This document shows positions 39,716 to 49,250 of a DNA stretch of 64,000 nt, one piece after another. The notes beneath the pieces are model-generated. The model did not search any database. It was not told the origin of the DNA and was given only the letters and a program-made list of their open reading frames with translations. Origin of the DNA: an uncultured Clostridia bacterium (GTDB taxonomy: Bacteria; Bacillota; Clostridia; Oscillospirales; CAG-272); NCBI GenBank assembly GCA_948466345.1, contig CAOKAC010000009.1, positions 1,832-65,831 of the forward strand. Direction: 5' to 3'. Each line of letters starts with the position of its first letter. The stretch's first letter is position 1. Made by a program: the position numbers and the translations under genes.

Positions 39716-41050
39716 CTATCCTTCATGCCTTGCATCGTTTCTGCGCTGTTCCAGCACTGCCATTTTTGCCCGTACAGCAAGCTGCGTTACAGGTACGCCA
39801 CCCGGACATATATACGAACATGTTCCGCATTCAATACAATCTGTCGCGCCAAAAGCAGCAGCCTCATCTACTCGTCCGATTTCTATAGCAGACGCAATTT
39901 TCAAGGGCATCAGCTTCATTGGACATGCGCGCACGCAACGGCCACATCGGATACACACCGGAGGGAGTTTGGATTCGTAGTCAAAATATTCGCTAAGTAC
40001 CAAAACAGCTGCGGTCGTTTTGTTTATCGGAGCATCCGCATCCCACTGGGCTTGTCCCATCATGGGACCGCCGCAAATGATTTTTTTCGGCTGTGCACAA
40101 AGACCGCCACAGCATTCGATCAAGTCTGAGATAGGCGTCCCAATCGGTACCAAAAGATTTTTCGGCGTTTGGATACAGTCTCCGTCTACAGTGACAATTC
40201 GGCGCACTAAAGGCATTCCCTTTGCTAGAGCCTCATACACTGCAGCACAGGTCTGTGCATTAAAAACTACGATTCCAACGTCTAGAGGCGTTCTGCCGCC
40301 TGGTATCTCTTTTTTTGTCAGGGCATAGACAAGCTGCTTTTCTGATCCTGCCGGATACTTAGATGTAACTTTTTTTATCTCAATCAGCTTTGCATCTCCA
40401 ATCAATGACTGCAGCGCTGCCCGTTCTTCTTTTTGGATGCCTTCCACTGCAATCCATGCCCGCTGGATTCCTAAGGCAACCATGATTATTTTCAATCCGT
40501 GAATGATTGCTGCCGGATTTTCCAATACAAGTCTATGACTGGCACAGGCAAACGGCTCACTTTCAATACAATTTACAATCAAAGTGTCTGCTCTTCCTGC
40601 CGCTGCCGCAAGTTTTGCATAAGCGGGAAAGGCCGCCGCACCCATTCCTGTGATTCCTGCAGACCGCACTGCAGCAATGATCTCTTCAGAAGTTGCTTCT
40701 GAAAGTTTTTTTCCAAAGGGCTGTACCGTATCATCCAACATATTCTGGCCATCGTTTTCAATTACGATATTGTAAGAAGTGCCACCTCGCTGGGCTGTGA
40801 CTTCCTCTATTTGGACAACCGTTCCGGAAACACTAGCATGAACGGGGCACCCTAATCCCCCTGGAACATCGCCGATCATTTGTCCCACGCGGACCTGCTC
40901 ACCCACCTTTACAACAGGCTTGCACATGATTCCCACATGCTGACTGAGAGAAACAGAAACTTTTGCTACAGGCGCAATCTCTTCTATAGGAATATTTTTT
41001 GTATATTTATGATCATCGGGCCAGACTCCGCCCTTGAAGGTGTAAGCCAA
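39716..41050 (-). CDS. rnfC: Rnf complex subunit C
   Basis: TFKGGV, QHVG, VHASVSG, KYPAGSEKQL, GGPMMG, two CxxCxxCxxxCP motifs. Confidence 0.92.
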   Translation of the reverse strand: MAYTFKGGVWPDDHKYTKNIPIEEIAPVAKVSVSLSQHVGIMCKPVVKVGEQVRVGQMIGDVPGGLGCPVHASVSGTVVQIEEVTAQRGGTSYNIVIENDGQNMLDDTVQPFGKKLSEATSEEIIAAVRSAGITGMGAAAFPAYAKLAAAAGRADTLIVNCIESEPFACASHRLVLENPAAIIHGLKIIMVALGIQRAWIAVEGIQKEERAALQSLIGDAKLIEIKKVTSKYPAGSEKQLVYALTKKEIPGGRTPLDVGIVVFNAQTCAAVYEALAKGMPLVRRIVTVDGDCIQTPKNLLVPIGTPISDLIECCGGLCAQPKKIICGGPMMGQAQWDADAPINKTTAAVLVLSEYFDYESKLPPVCIRCGRCVRACPMKLMPLKIASAIEIGRVDEAAAFGATDCIECGTCSYICPGGVPVTQLAVRAKMAVLEQRRNDARHEG

Positions 41051-41065
41051 AATCGTTCACCTCTG

Positions 41066-42478
41066 TTAAGATTGATTTTCTTCCCAGCGTCCAAAAACAG
41101 TAAAGTTTACAAGACCTGGTGCAATACCCTGCGGCCACTTGCAGATCACAAGACGAACCCGCTTTGTTTTCATATGGCGCAGCGGCCGGTAGTCGATAAT
41201 CAGATCTTCACTACTTTCTGAACGATCCAGCACGCAAACCCATCCGCCCTTTTCATCTTCCGCCTCAATTTTATATCCAAAAGCGCCTGCCAGTATCCCT
41301 CTTTTGATATCCAGTCCTACATCCCGCCAGATAATTCTTGCACTGTATATATCAAGCGGCGTATCAGAAAGAGATACCTGTACTGTCAAGGCAGGATTTT
41401 GGTCTCCCTTTGCAGGCTGCCACCAGGACAGCATACTGTCGTCCACCGCATATATAGGATCTCTTCCCGGCGCACTGGAAGTAGCGGCAGCCTTTTTGTG
41501 CTGGGTTACCGGGACAAGTCCCGCGCTGTTTCCGCTATAAGGCTGCGTCTGGATTCCCGGCGCCCACTGCGGAATCTCCGAAGATGCCGTTGCAATAATA
41601 TCCCCGTTTTCGTTAAAGCCAATTGGATCATATCCGATGCGGCGTTCATACTCCCCCGCATAGCACATACAGCAGGTATAAAACGCCCATGTCGTACCGC
41701 CTGGGCCATCTACAATACAGCCATGTCCAGGGCCCCGCACAAGTCCTGACCGATTGGTCATGAAGGGACTTGTTTCCATATACTCCCATGGGCCTAGGGG
41801 AGATTTCCCCTTGTATGCTCCCATGGCATAGGTAATCCACTCCGTTCCTGGACCACAGTAGGTAAGGTAGTAGGTGTCACCCCGCTTATACATCCAAGCG
41901 CCTTCCGTCCAGCTATAGGAACCGTCTTCGTTCCAGTCTCCCATCCTCTCCCAAGAATGCTCCGCTGTATTCATTGAAAACATCACTTCTAAAGGAGAGA
42001 TCAGCTGTACCGGGTTGCCCGGATCTAGTCTTGCCCCACTAATGGCGCCACCGCATCCGCAATACAGATATAAACTACCGTCCGTATCTGAAAACAACAT
42101 AGGGTCATCTACATAAATAGCATGGCCTTCCATATCCAACATTGGACCCAGTGCCTGAAAAGGACCTAGGGGACTTTCGCTCTCATATAAAACAGACGAG
42201 CTTGCCAGAAGATAAAACCTGCCATTGTGTTTCACAACAGTAGGCGCATATCCGCAGTCATACGGTTCCATCTTTTGATGCTTCCAAGTAACGAAATCTT
42301 CTGACCAGTACACCATTCCACAGGATGGATACAAATACCATTTTTCATTTTCATACAGCACGGTAGGATCGGCAGTCTCACGATAGTCCATGCGGGTTTT
42401 GCCTTCTATATAACAATTCCTGCCGATTGGGTAGTCCGGCAATGGAATCGGATTGCAATAGGTTTTTTCAATATCCAT
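41066..42478 (-). CDS. Glycoside hydrolase family 43 with C-terminal F5/8-type domain
   Basis: TYCNP, ADPTV, APTV, DDPMLF, EGAWM, GPGHG; AVDDSMLSWW. Confidence 0.85.
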   Translation of the reverse strand: MDIEKTYCNPIPLPDYPIGRNCYIEGKTRMDYRETADPTVLYENEKWYLYPSCGMVYWSEDFVTWKHQKMEPYDCGYAPTVVKHNGRFYLLASSSVLYESESPLGPFQALGPMLDMEGHAIYVDDPMLFSDTDGSLYLYCGCGGAISGARLDPGNPVQLISPLEVMFSMNTAEHSWERMGDWNEDGSYSWTEGAWMYKRGDTYYLTYCGPGTEWITYAMGAYKGKSPLGPWEYMETSPFMTNRSGLVRGPGHGCIVDGPGGTTWAFYTCCMCYAGEYERRIGYDPIGFNENGDIIATASSEIPQWAPGIQTQPYSGNSAGLVPVTQHKKAAATSSAPGRDPIYAVDDSMLSWWQPAKGDQNPALTVQVSLSDTPLDIYSARIIWRDVGLDIKRGILAGAFGYKIEAEDEKGGWVCVLDRSESSEDLIIDYRPLRHMKTKRVRLVICKWPQGIAPGLVNFTVFGRWEENQS

Positions 42479-42600
42479 GATTTTGCAGCACCTTTCTGTA
42501 ATGCCATGATTTATGATTGCATAAAGTGCAATCTACAACGAAAGCTGCGGCAGCAGCCACGCCACTGCAAAGCAGCTACTATATTCATAGAGATAAAATA

Positions 42601-42629
42601 ATTGTACCATAAATCCGCTCGTTTGTAAA
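42601..42629 (-). promoter_or_regulatory. SigA-type promoter upstream of GH43-rnf
   Basis: TTTACA-17 nt-TACAAT with extended TG. Confidence 0.6.
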
Positions 42630-42706
42630 TGATAAATTTCCCTCTGCTGGGCAGAAAAGGGAGCGGTACCGCTCCCCTTCTACAATAACACTTGATCCAT
42701 AATGCT

Positions 42707-43297
42707 TTACTTGGATTCAATAATTGTTAAATTATCTGGAACCACATTTGCCTGCTCATAAACAATCTCACTAATCTGCGCTACTTCATTTTCCATAAGT
42801 CCCTGTGTTTTTACAATTACCTGGGCAGTTTCTCCGCTTACAACCGCCACACATTCTTCAAAGCCCTTAGCTTTAATAAGGCTTTCAATATTTGCTTCAC
42901 ACTCAATGTCTTTTGCAATTTTCTGAATCTCGTTGATTGCCTCTTCCTTCATTGCATCTACTGCCGTATCGCTTTCAGCAACCGCGTTCAAAACTTCCAT
43001 GGCCTCATCTCTTGCCTGACGTCTCTCCAGATTCATCTGTGCAAACTTGTCTTTTGCATTTGCATTGTCATTCGATGCGCCTTTGGAATCTCCATTTGCA
43101 ATTGCGCCAGCCACATCGGACAGATCCACTGCAGGATCCACTTTTTTCTTATCCTTAGCGGCATCTGTGGGCAGCAACAGAAAATTGAGCAGCACCGCTA
43201 CCCCAATGATCACCACTGCGCCGGCGGAAATAACCGCCTTTCGATTTAGCTTTTTGATCATTTCTAACGTCTTTTCACCTAATTCTTTCAGTTTCAT
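42707..43297 (-). CDS. spoIIIAH: Stage III sporulation protein AH
   Basis: TM; ERRQARDE, IESLIKAKGFEECV; last gene of the eight-gene run. Confidence 0.88.
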   Translation of the reverse strand: MKLKELGEKTLEMIKKLNRKAVISAGAVVIIGVAVLLNFLLLPTDAAKDKKKVDPAVDLSDVAGAIANGDSKGASNDNANAKDKFAQMNLERRQARDEAMEVLNAVAESDTAVDAMKEEAINEIQKIAKDIECEANIESLIKAKGFEECVAVVSGETAQVIVKTQGLMENEVAQISEIVYEQANVVPDNLTIIESK

Positions 43298-43355
43298 ATA
43301 CCGACCTCCGATTTAAATTCATATTATACATATTCAGTCTATATGCGCTCTATTC

Positions 43356-43835
43356 CTACCCAGCAACTGTAATTCTGCCGGAAGAAATTCCAAGAGAAGC
43401 GCTGATGAGCTCTGTCACCTTTTTCTGGATCTGTACATTGTCACCGTTAGTGCATACAATAGCTACGCCGCGAATTTGTGGATATATCTCATTTATCAGT
43501 ACCGTTTTATCACCTCCGTCCTCCTGCACTACCAGGTAGTCTCCCGTCCTTCCATCAGCCGATACAGACGTATTTTGTGCATATACAAACTCGCTGCTCC
43601 CATCCATAGTAAGCAGTACCGCAGCATCATCAATCCCTTCTATACGCAGGATTAGAGCCTTGATTTTCTCCTCTAAAATTGTGCTGTAATAGGAGGGATC
43701 GCTCGATTTAGGGGCTGATGATGCATTCTCTTTTCCCTCTCCAACAGGAAGAAAGCGAGGAAGCAAAATAAGCGCGATTCCCAGCACCGCTGCTCCAATC
43801 AACCACCATTTCTTTGCAAGCTCCATCAACTTCAT
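43356..43835 (-). CDS. spoIIIAG: Stage III sporulation protein AG
   Basis: TM; LEEKIK.LI..IEG, PQIRGVAIVC.NGD. Confidence 0.85.
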   Translation of the reverse strand: MKLMELAKKWWLIGAAVLGIALILLPRFLPVGEGKENASSAPKSSDPSYYSTILEEKIKALILRIEGIDDAAVLLTMDGSSEFVYAQNTSVSADGRTGDYLVVQEDGGDKTVLINEIYPQIRGVAIVCTNGDNVQIQKKVTELISASLGISSGRITVAG

Positions 43836-43845
43836 GTTACCCCCT

Positions 43846-44301
43846 TTATTCATTCTGCACCACTACCGTGCAGGAAAATAGCTTGGATAAAGTATCCGAG
43901 GCTTTCTTCGCATCTATTTTTATACTGGCCGGCAGTGTAACATGTACCTTTTCTGCCGCAAAGGACTCCGAATTGTCTTCCGGATATACAGCAACGGATA
44001 TATCTCCAATATCCAATGAGTAGAGCTCTGCCATAGTCAATGCAATATTATAGGCCAGATACTGTGCGCTTTGCTCCTGGTATTCTGCGGGGGATTGCTG
44101 TTCATCCAGATTCCACTGGGTTTCAAGGCTGTCCATCCATTCGTCAAGCCCACCGGTTAGGGGAGATAATGCAATCAGCGCTACGATCAAAGCGCCGGCA
44201 AAACCCACAAATTTGCCCATGCCTTCTTCCTCCGGCGCCGCTGCACAGAGCACCGCAACAAAAATAGACGCAGCCACTACAGATAAGAGATAATTTGCCA
44301 T
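43846..44301 (-). CDS. spoIIIAF: Stage III sporulation protein AF-like
   Basis: Two N-terminal TM helices; operon position. Confidence 0.7.
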   Translation of the reverse strand: MANYLLSVVAASIFVAVLCAAAPEEEGMGKFVGFAGALIVALIALSPLTGGLDEWMDSLETQWNLDEQQSPAEYQEQSAQYLAYNIALTMAELYSLDIGDISVAVYPEDNSESFAAEKVHVTLPASIKIDAKKASDTLSKLFSCTVVVQNE

Positions 44302-44317
44302 TTACACACTCCCTACT

Positions 44318-45472
44318 TTATCCATATGCCAGGGATGTCCTGCAGAACAGAGATAAGGCGAATATATACATTACCGCTGCCGCTATGGTTATGGCTAGCA
44401 GTAAAGTACACAAACTTCCTGTCTCTCGAAACAGCGCTTGCTCTCTATCACAGCCAAGCACGCCCGCCACAGCGCCAGTCATCCCAAGCGCTACCCTGTT
44501 TACCAGTAAGCCCGCAAGAGGAGCAAGCACCACAATTACAATTACAACGATTCCTGTAACACCCGCCATCTGCTTAATCACTCCAAGGCTGCCGGAAACC
44601 ATGGAAAAAGAGTCCGCCACCGTTCCGCCGATGATGGGAAGATAGCTTCCAAGCGCAAACTTGACCGTTTTAGCGGCAAAAGTATCCGCGGCGCTGGCTA
44701 TTCCGCTCTGCATTGATAAAACGAAAGTCATAAGCGTCATCATCAGCACCAGCGCGCCGGTTACGATCCCCCGCAGCGCTCCCGCCATAAAAGATACGCC
44801 TCGGTTTCCGGATACGGCAGATGTAATAGATAAAAGGAAACATACGCTTACGCAAGGAGCAAGTACATTTGCATATAAAGTCTGAATAAATGTAATCATT
44901 AGATTAATGCCCGTTCCAGAAACAGCCGCTCCGGTTACGTTGCCGCTTGTAAGATAAACTGCTTCCATCACCGGAACCATCATCAGCATGGTACTGCTGA
45001 GCATATCCAGCATGGACTGCACTAATGCAAAAACAGACTTTTGTACTTCATATAAGGTCAGCGCCATACACAAGAGACAACACAAAGAAAACACTGTCTC
45101 AAGGGAACCGTTTTTTACAGTTTTGGAAAGCATCCGAAATACGGAAGATAGAATCACCATTCCCATCAGAACAGACAGCGTTTTAAATCCAGGCAAAAGC
45201 GCATCACTAAAGGCGCTTTTGATAAGTGACAAAAAATAGGATACATTATATTTCTCCATCGCGCCCTGTGCGTCCCCTGCTTCTCCAACCTGCTGTCGGA
45301 TTTCTGGAGGCAGCTTGTCAATATATGCTTCATAAGCGCCGTCTGCCGCTTCTTCCGGTCTCTCATCGAAGTGAAACTGATATGGCATGTCCTTTGCTGC
45401 ACCGGATATTGTAAATATAAAAAGCAGAAGCGGCAAAAGCAGCAATACAAAAATTTGTCTTTTTCTTTTCAT
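44318..45472 (-). CDS. spoIIIAE: Stage III sporulation protein AE
   Basis: Multi-TM; KTVKFALGSYLPIIGGTVADS. Confidence 0.85.
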   Translation of the reverse strand: MKRKRQIFVLLLLPLLLFIFTISGAAKDMPYQFHFDERPEEAADGAYEAYIDKLPPEIRQQVGEAGDAQGAMEKYNVSYFLSLIKSAFSDALLPGFKTLSVLMGMVILSSVFRMLSKTVKNGSLETVFSLCCLLCMALTLYEVQKSVFALVQSMLDMLSSTMLMMVPVMEAVYLTSGNVTGAAVSGTGINLMITFIQTLYANVLAPCVSVCFLLSITSAVSGNRGVSFMAGALRGIVTGALVLMMTLMTFVLSMQSGIASAADTFAAKTVKFALGSYLPIIGGTVADSFSMVSGSLGVIKQMAGVTGIVVIVIVVLAPLAGLLVNRVALGMTGAVAGVLGCDREQALFRETGSLCTLLLAITIAAAVMYIFALSLFCRTSLAYG

Positions 45473-45493
45473 ACATCCTGTCCCTGTCCTATT

Positions 45494-45880
45494 TTACAAA
45501 AGCTCTGCCGCAATCTCCAGCAGTCTTGAAATTAAAGGCAAGCTTAAAAGAATCAGTTCCCCTTTTCCTGCAAGCACCGCTGCCGAAGCCAGCATTCCTT
45601 CCCCTGCGCTTTTACATAGTTCCGCTGTAAAGGCAGAGATATATGCGATTCCCAGCGCCTTTAACAGAATCATTGCATAACCGGAAAAAGCCGTTTGCTC
45701 TGCGGCATCTGTAATTGTTTGTACCGCCGTAAGCGCGCTGCCTTCTAAAATATATAAAGCAACAGCAACCACTGCTGCTGCCGCACAAAGCAGTGCAAAA
45801 ACCGTATTCTTTTCCCGCAAAAGCAGCGCTGCGCATAGTCCTAACACGCAGATTCCGCTCAGTCGCAATATATCCGCCAT
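45494..45880 (-). CDS. spoIIIAD: Stage III sporulation protein AD
   Basis: LLKALGIAYIS.FTAELCK.AGE, AGK. Confidence 0.88.
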   Translation of the reverse strand: MADILRLSGICVLGLCAALLLREKNTVFALLCAAAAVVAVALYILEGSALTAVQTITDAAEQTAFSGYAMILLKALGIAYISAFTAELCKSAGEGMLASAAVLAGKGELILLSLPLISRLLEIAAELL

Positions 45881-46074
45881 CACAATCCAAACACGGTCTG
45901 CACTGTTTCAAACAAGGTACCGATTTCTCCCACCAACATCAGCAGTACTACGACAATACCGACTACAGTCACAAGCATCGCCTGTTCATCCCGTCCGGCA
46001 CGCTGCAGAATCTGATTGGCTACGGCTACCAAAATTCCCACACCAACCGTTTTAAGTATCAGTGAAACATCCAT
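45880..46074 (-). CDS. spoIIIAC: Stage III sporulation protein AC
   Basis: MDVSLILK..GVGILV..ANQILQRAGRDEQA. Confidence 0.92.
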   Translation of the reverse strand: MDVSLILKTVGVGILVAVANQILQRAGRDEQAMLVTVVGIVVVLLMLVGEIGTLFETVQTVFGL

Positions 46075-46133
46075 AATCTACCTGCTTTTCAATACATTTT
46101 CAGTAGAGGGCGCTGCCCTAGAGAATGCTGCTA

Positions 46134-46610
46134 TTATACAATCAGCAGCAGTACGGAAGCCGCCGCAAGCAGCGGCAAAAGCCTGTACATTTTAAGCCGT
46201 TGAGGAAGCTGCATGCGCATATCCTCACCGATTTTTCGCAGCCTCTCCTTTGTAAAATCACACAGTTTTGTTTCCTCGGGTGCAGAGCCTCCGCCGATTG
46301 TCCCCGCAAAAGAGCATAGCTGATCATAAATCTCCGGCGGAAGTTCTTTTTCTATAGCGGATACTGCTGGCGCCAGCCCATCGCGGCGCAGCGTATTTAA
46401 AAAGCCGATTTCTTCCAAGACTGTGTTATGATAATCATCAAAGATACGCCCCAGAGGCATCCGGAAGTTTTCTATACTCCCTCCGATATAGCAAACCAAG
46501 TCGTCCAGCGCCGTTACGATTGCAAGCCTCCGCTTCATCTTCTCACACATTCCCCGACCATATAGAGATGCTGCAATAAATACCAGCGCCGCCCCCGCCA
46601 GCTTCAGCAT
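46134..46610 (-). CDS. spoIIIAB: Stage III sporulation protein AB
   Basis: MLKLAGAALV, terminal TM segments; operon position. Confidence 0.78.
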   Translation of the reverse strand: MLKLAGAALVFIAASLYGRGMCEKMKRRLAIVTALDDLVCYIGGSIENFRMPLGRIFDDYHNTVLEEIGFLNTLRRDGLAPAVSAIEKELPPEIYDQLCSFAGTIGGGSAPEETKLCDFTKERLRKIGEDMRMQLPQRLKMYRLLPLLAAASVLLLIV

Positions 46611-47503
46611 ATCGCCGTCTCTCCTGCGCCGATTCGGTTTATATCCAAAGTAAATCCGGACTGCGTGCGTGAGAGGCCGACTGCATATGTAAAAGCACCG
46701 GAATCGATCAGCGTACGCATAAATGGACGGACACAAAGCTCTTCCAAACTGCCGGCATGAGCAGTTACTACAGTTGGCACGCCAGCGCCAAAGCTTGTAT
46801 AAATTGCCTGTGCATCCTCCTCACTACCAATTTCATCGCACAAAATGAGTTGTGGCGAGAGTGTGCGAACAGCTGTCTCCATCCCCTTGGCCCGCGGATA
46901 TCCCGACAGCGCGTCATAGGTTACGTCTCCGCCAAGAGACCCGCAAATTTCAAAGCGTGTGTCAATAACTGCGATGCGGATATTATAAGGTTTCGCCCCC
47001 AGACGTGCGGCGATTTCCCGTAAAGCCGTTGTTTTTCCTATCCCAGGCGGGGAATATAAAATAGCGCCTCGAAATCCTTCTTCCAATATAAGACGGCATA
47101 TCCCATCAGCAGCGCCCGGTACCCGATGGGGAATACGGATTGCCACAGACGAAATATCGGTCACCGATAGGATTTTCCCTCCCTCTGTCACAGCACGGCC
47201 ACACACTCCTACACGAATACCGCCCTCCGTACAAATATATCCCTCTTTAATTGTCTCACTATGGCAGTAGAGAGAATTGCCGCACAATGATCGGATAATC
47301 ATAGAAAGCTCATCAGCTGTTGGAGAAATACCGCAGGAAATATTTTTGCCTCCAATGCTTAAAAACATAGGGCAGCCTACCCGCAATCGAATTTCACTGA
47401 TCATTCCATGATACAGGGCGGCTGATTTTCGTGCGGCTTCCGTCAGTCTGCCTGGCAGATACGCCAATGCTGCCTCTTCATTAAAGTCCTTCCCTTTTTC
47501 CAT
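46604..47503 (-). CDS. spoIIIAA: Stage III sporulation protein AA (ATPase)
   Basis: EIRLR, GGIRVGVCG, SPPGIGKTTALR, RTLSPQ...DEIG, TAH. Confidence 0.92.
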   Translation of the reverse strand: MEKGKDFNEEAALAYLPGRLTEAARKSAALYHGMISEIRLRVGCPMFLSIGGKNISCGISPTADELSMIIRSLCGNSLYCHSETIKEGYICTEGGIRVGVCGRAVTEGGKILSVTDISSVAIRIPHRVPGAADGICRLILEEGFRGAILYSPPGIGKTTALREIAARLGAKPYNIRIAVIDTRFEICGSLGGDVTYDALSGYPRAKGMETAVRTLSPQLILCDEIGSEEDAQAIYTSFGAGVPTVVTAHAGSLEELCVRPFMRTLIDSGAFTYAVGLSRTQSGFTLDINRIGAGETAIC

Positions 47504-47563
47504 AAGTCATAAGTCCTTTCCTTTTTGCCTCATCCGTGCGCTTTATGCCGGATCAAGTTTAGT

Positions 47564-47595
47564 AATATATACTCGGACAAGTGTGACAATATGAC
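47564..47595 (-). promoter_or_regulatory. SigE-type promoter of spoIIIA
   Basis: GTCATA-18 nt-TATATATT; spoIIIA is a known SigE target. Confidence 0.6.
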
Positions 47596-47701
47596 CTGCA
47601 GCCCGCTGAAACTTTTTAAGAAGATAGTTCCGACAAAAAAAGCACATCCCCCTTTTGGGTGGATGTGCTTTGATCCTTCTGTCCACAAAAAAGGACATGG
47701 G

Positions 47702-48628
47702 CTATTTTATATATAATGAATCAATAATTTTCTTCATTTGTTCTGGCTGAACCCGTCCTTTCAGCATATACTCAATACCGTCATAAATAAAATGTGCGCT
47801 CGTCACCGGGTTCAATTCATCAAATTCCATATTTGCCTTAGAAAGGAACGGATATGTCGCAATCACTGCTTCAACCCCATTCTTGTCAGATGTATATGTT
47901 AAAATTTTAATGCCTTCCACGTCGTACAGACCGCCGCTTTTATAATCGCTGTATTCATCGGACTCATATATATACGCACAATAATAAATCGGGGTTTGAT
48001 AGGTATAATTTTTGTAAAAATCGAATGCTTCCTGTTCACTGCCATATAAAGGATCATAAACCAAATCAGAAAAACGAGGATTTTTCATAGCATCCCTCTC
48101 TACAGGGAGATCCCCCATTATATAATACGGGCAAAAGATTCTGATACTATTGATATTGTTTTCTTCTCCGCAAGCAGTCAAAACAGTATAAGGTTCTTCC
48201 CATTCATATGCCCAATCGCTTTGTAATAAATTTACATCATATCGTTTTGCAATATCGGAAACAGTAGGAAACAATTTTTCATAAACTTCGTATTCCTGAT
48301 TTCTGTCTGCTAATGTAAAATCAGAAACATCCAATCCTTTAGGTGTCAATACAGATGTAAGCCGATAGCTGTTTTTCGTTATTTCGATCCAAAGGCTTTT
48401 CAATTCTTCTGCCGCATATGCGATAAAGTTAGTATGAAACACGACTGTCATAATAAGCGCGAATACAGCCGTCCCGGTAGCATATCGTAAAAAAAGAGAC
48501 TTGTGCTTTTGTTTTTTCATAGGAGTGATATCCTTCTGCTTGAAAGATTGCGTTTTTATGTCTTGAAAAAGATCCTTTGGAGTATGCACCGCATTCATTG
48601 TATCCTTATAAAGCTCTTTGATATCCAT
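47702..48628 (-). CDS. Putative anti-sigma factor (single TM)
   Basis: Abuts the ECF sigma gene; short cytoplasmic N-terminus, one TM, extracellular domain. Confidence 0.65.
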   Translation of the reverse strand: MDIKELYKDTMNAVHTPKDLFQDIKTQSFKQKDITPMKKQKHKSLFLRYATGTAVFALIMTVVFHTNFIAYAAEELKSLWIEITKNSYRLTSVLTPKGLDVSDFTLADRNQEYEVYEKLFPTVSDIAKRYDVNLLQSDWAYEWEEPYTVLTACGEENNINSIRIFCPYYIMGDLPVERDAMKNPRFSDLVYDPLYGSEQEAFDFYKNYTYQTPIYYCAYIYESDEYSDYKSGGLYDVEGIKILTYTSDKNGVEAVIATYPFLSKANMEFDELNPVTSAHFIYDGIEYMLKGRVQPEQMKKIIDSLYIK

Positions 48629-49102
48629 TTATATGTCCTCCAAAATTAGTTTTTTTAGTATTTTACGTCCGCGGCAAAGCCGCGTACGTATCGTAGCTGC
48701 ATTGACATGCAGCAAATTTGCTATTTCTAAAATAGAATAGTCTTCATAATAAAACAGATGAATAATCATCCTATATTTGGGGGGAATGGTCATCACCCGT
48801 TCATATAAATCATTGTTGGGTTCCCCCGAAACACTTGCACGATCAGATAAATCCTCTACAGGTTCCACCATTCTTTTCCAATATGACTTTTTCAGATTTC
48901 TGCTTTCATTGAGCGCTACACGGATCAGCCATCGTCGGATATGATTTTCATCCTGAAACAACATGTCCGTCTGTAGCAGTTTAAAAAAAGTATTCTGCAA
49001 AATATCCTGTGCGTCATGATAAGACTTGGTAGCGTTCAGTGCTGTGCGGTAAACAACATCGGTAAATTGACACACATAGGTTTGATATTCCTCATCGCAC
49101 AT
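48629..49102 (-). CDS. ECF-type RNA polymerase sigma factor
   Basis: DAQDILQNTF, WLIRVALN, LFYYEDYS..EIA..L..TIRTRL.RGR; RBS AAGGAGG. Confidence 0.9.
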   Translation of the reverse strand: MCDEEYQTYVCQFTDVVYRTALNATKSYHDAQDILQNTFFKLLQTDMLFQDENHIRRWLIRVALNESRNLKKSYWKRMVEPVEDLSDRASVSGEPNNDLYERVMTIPPKYRMIIHLFYYEDYSILEIANLLHVNAATIRTRLCRGRKILKKLILEDI

Positions 49103-49151
49103 GGTTACCACCTCCTTATTTTACAATGTTTTGAAAGGCTTCTCATATAAA

Positions 49152-49180
49152 TAAACAATTCAAAGCAGCAAAATGTTTCA
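49152..49180 (-). promoter_or_regulatory. Putative ECF autoregulatory promoter
   Basis: TGAAAC-16/17 nt-TGTTT upstream of the ECF gene. Confidence 0.45.
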
Positions 49181-49250
49181 TAGAATAAGAAAATATTTTT
49201 ATAAAAAAAGCTCCCCCAATAAGGGGGAGCGCACAAGAAGCAGAATAGTA

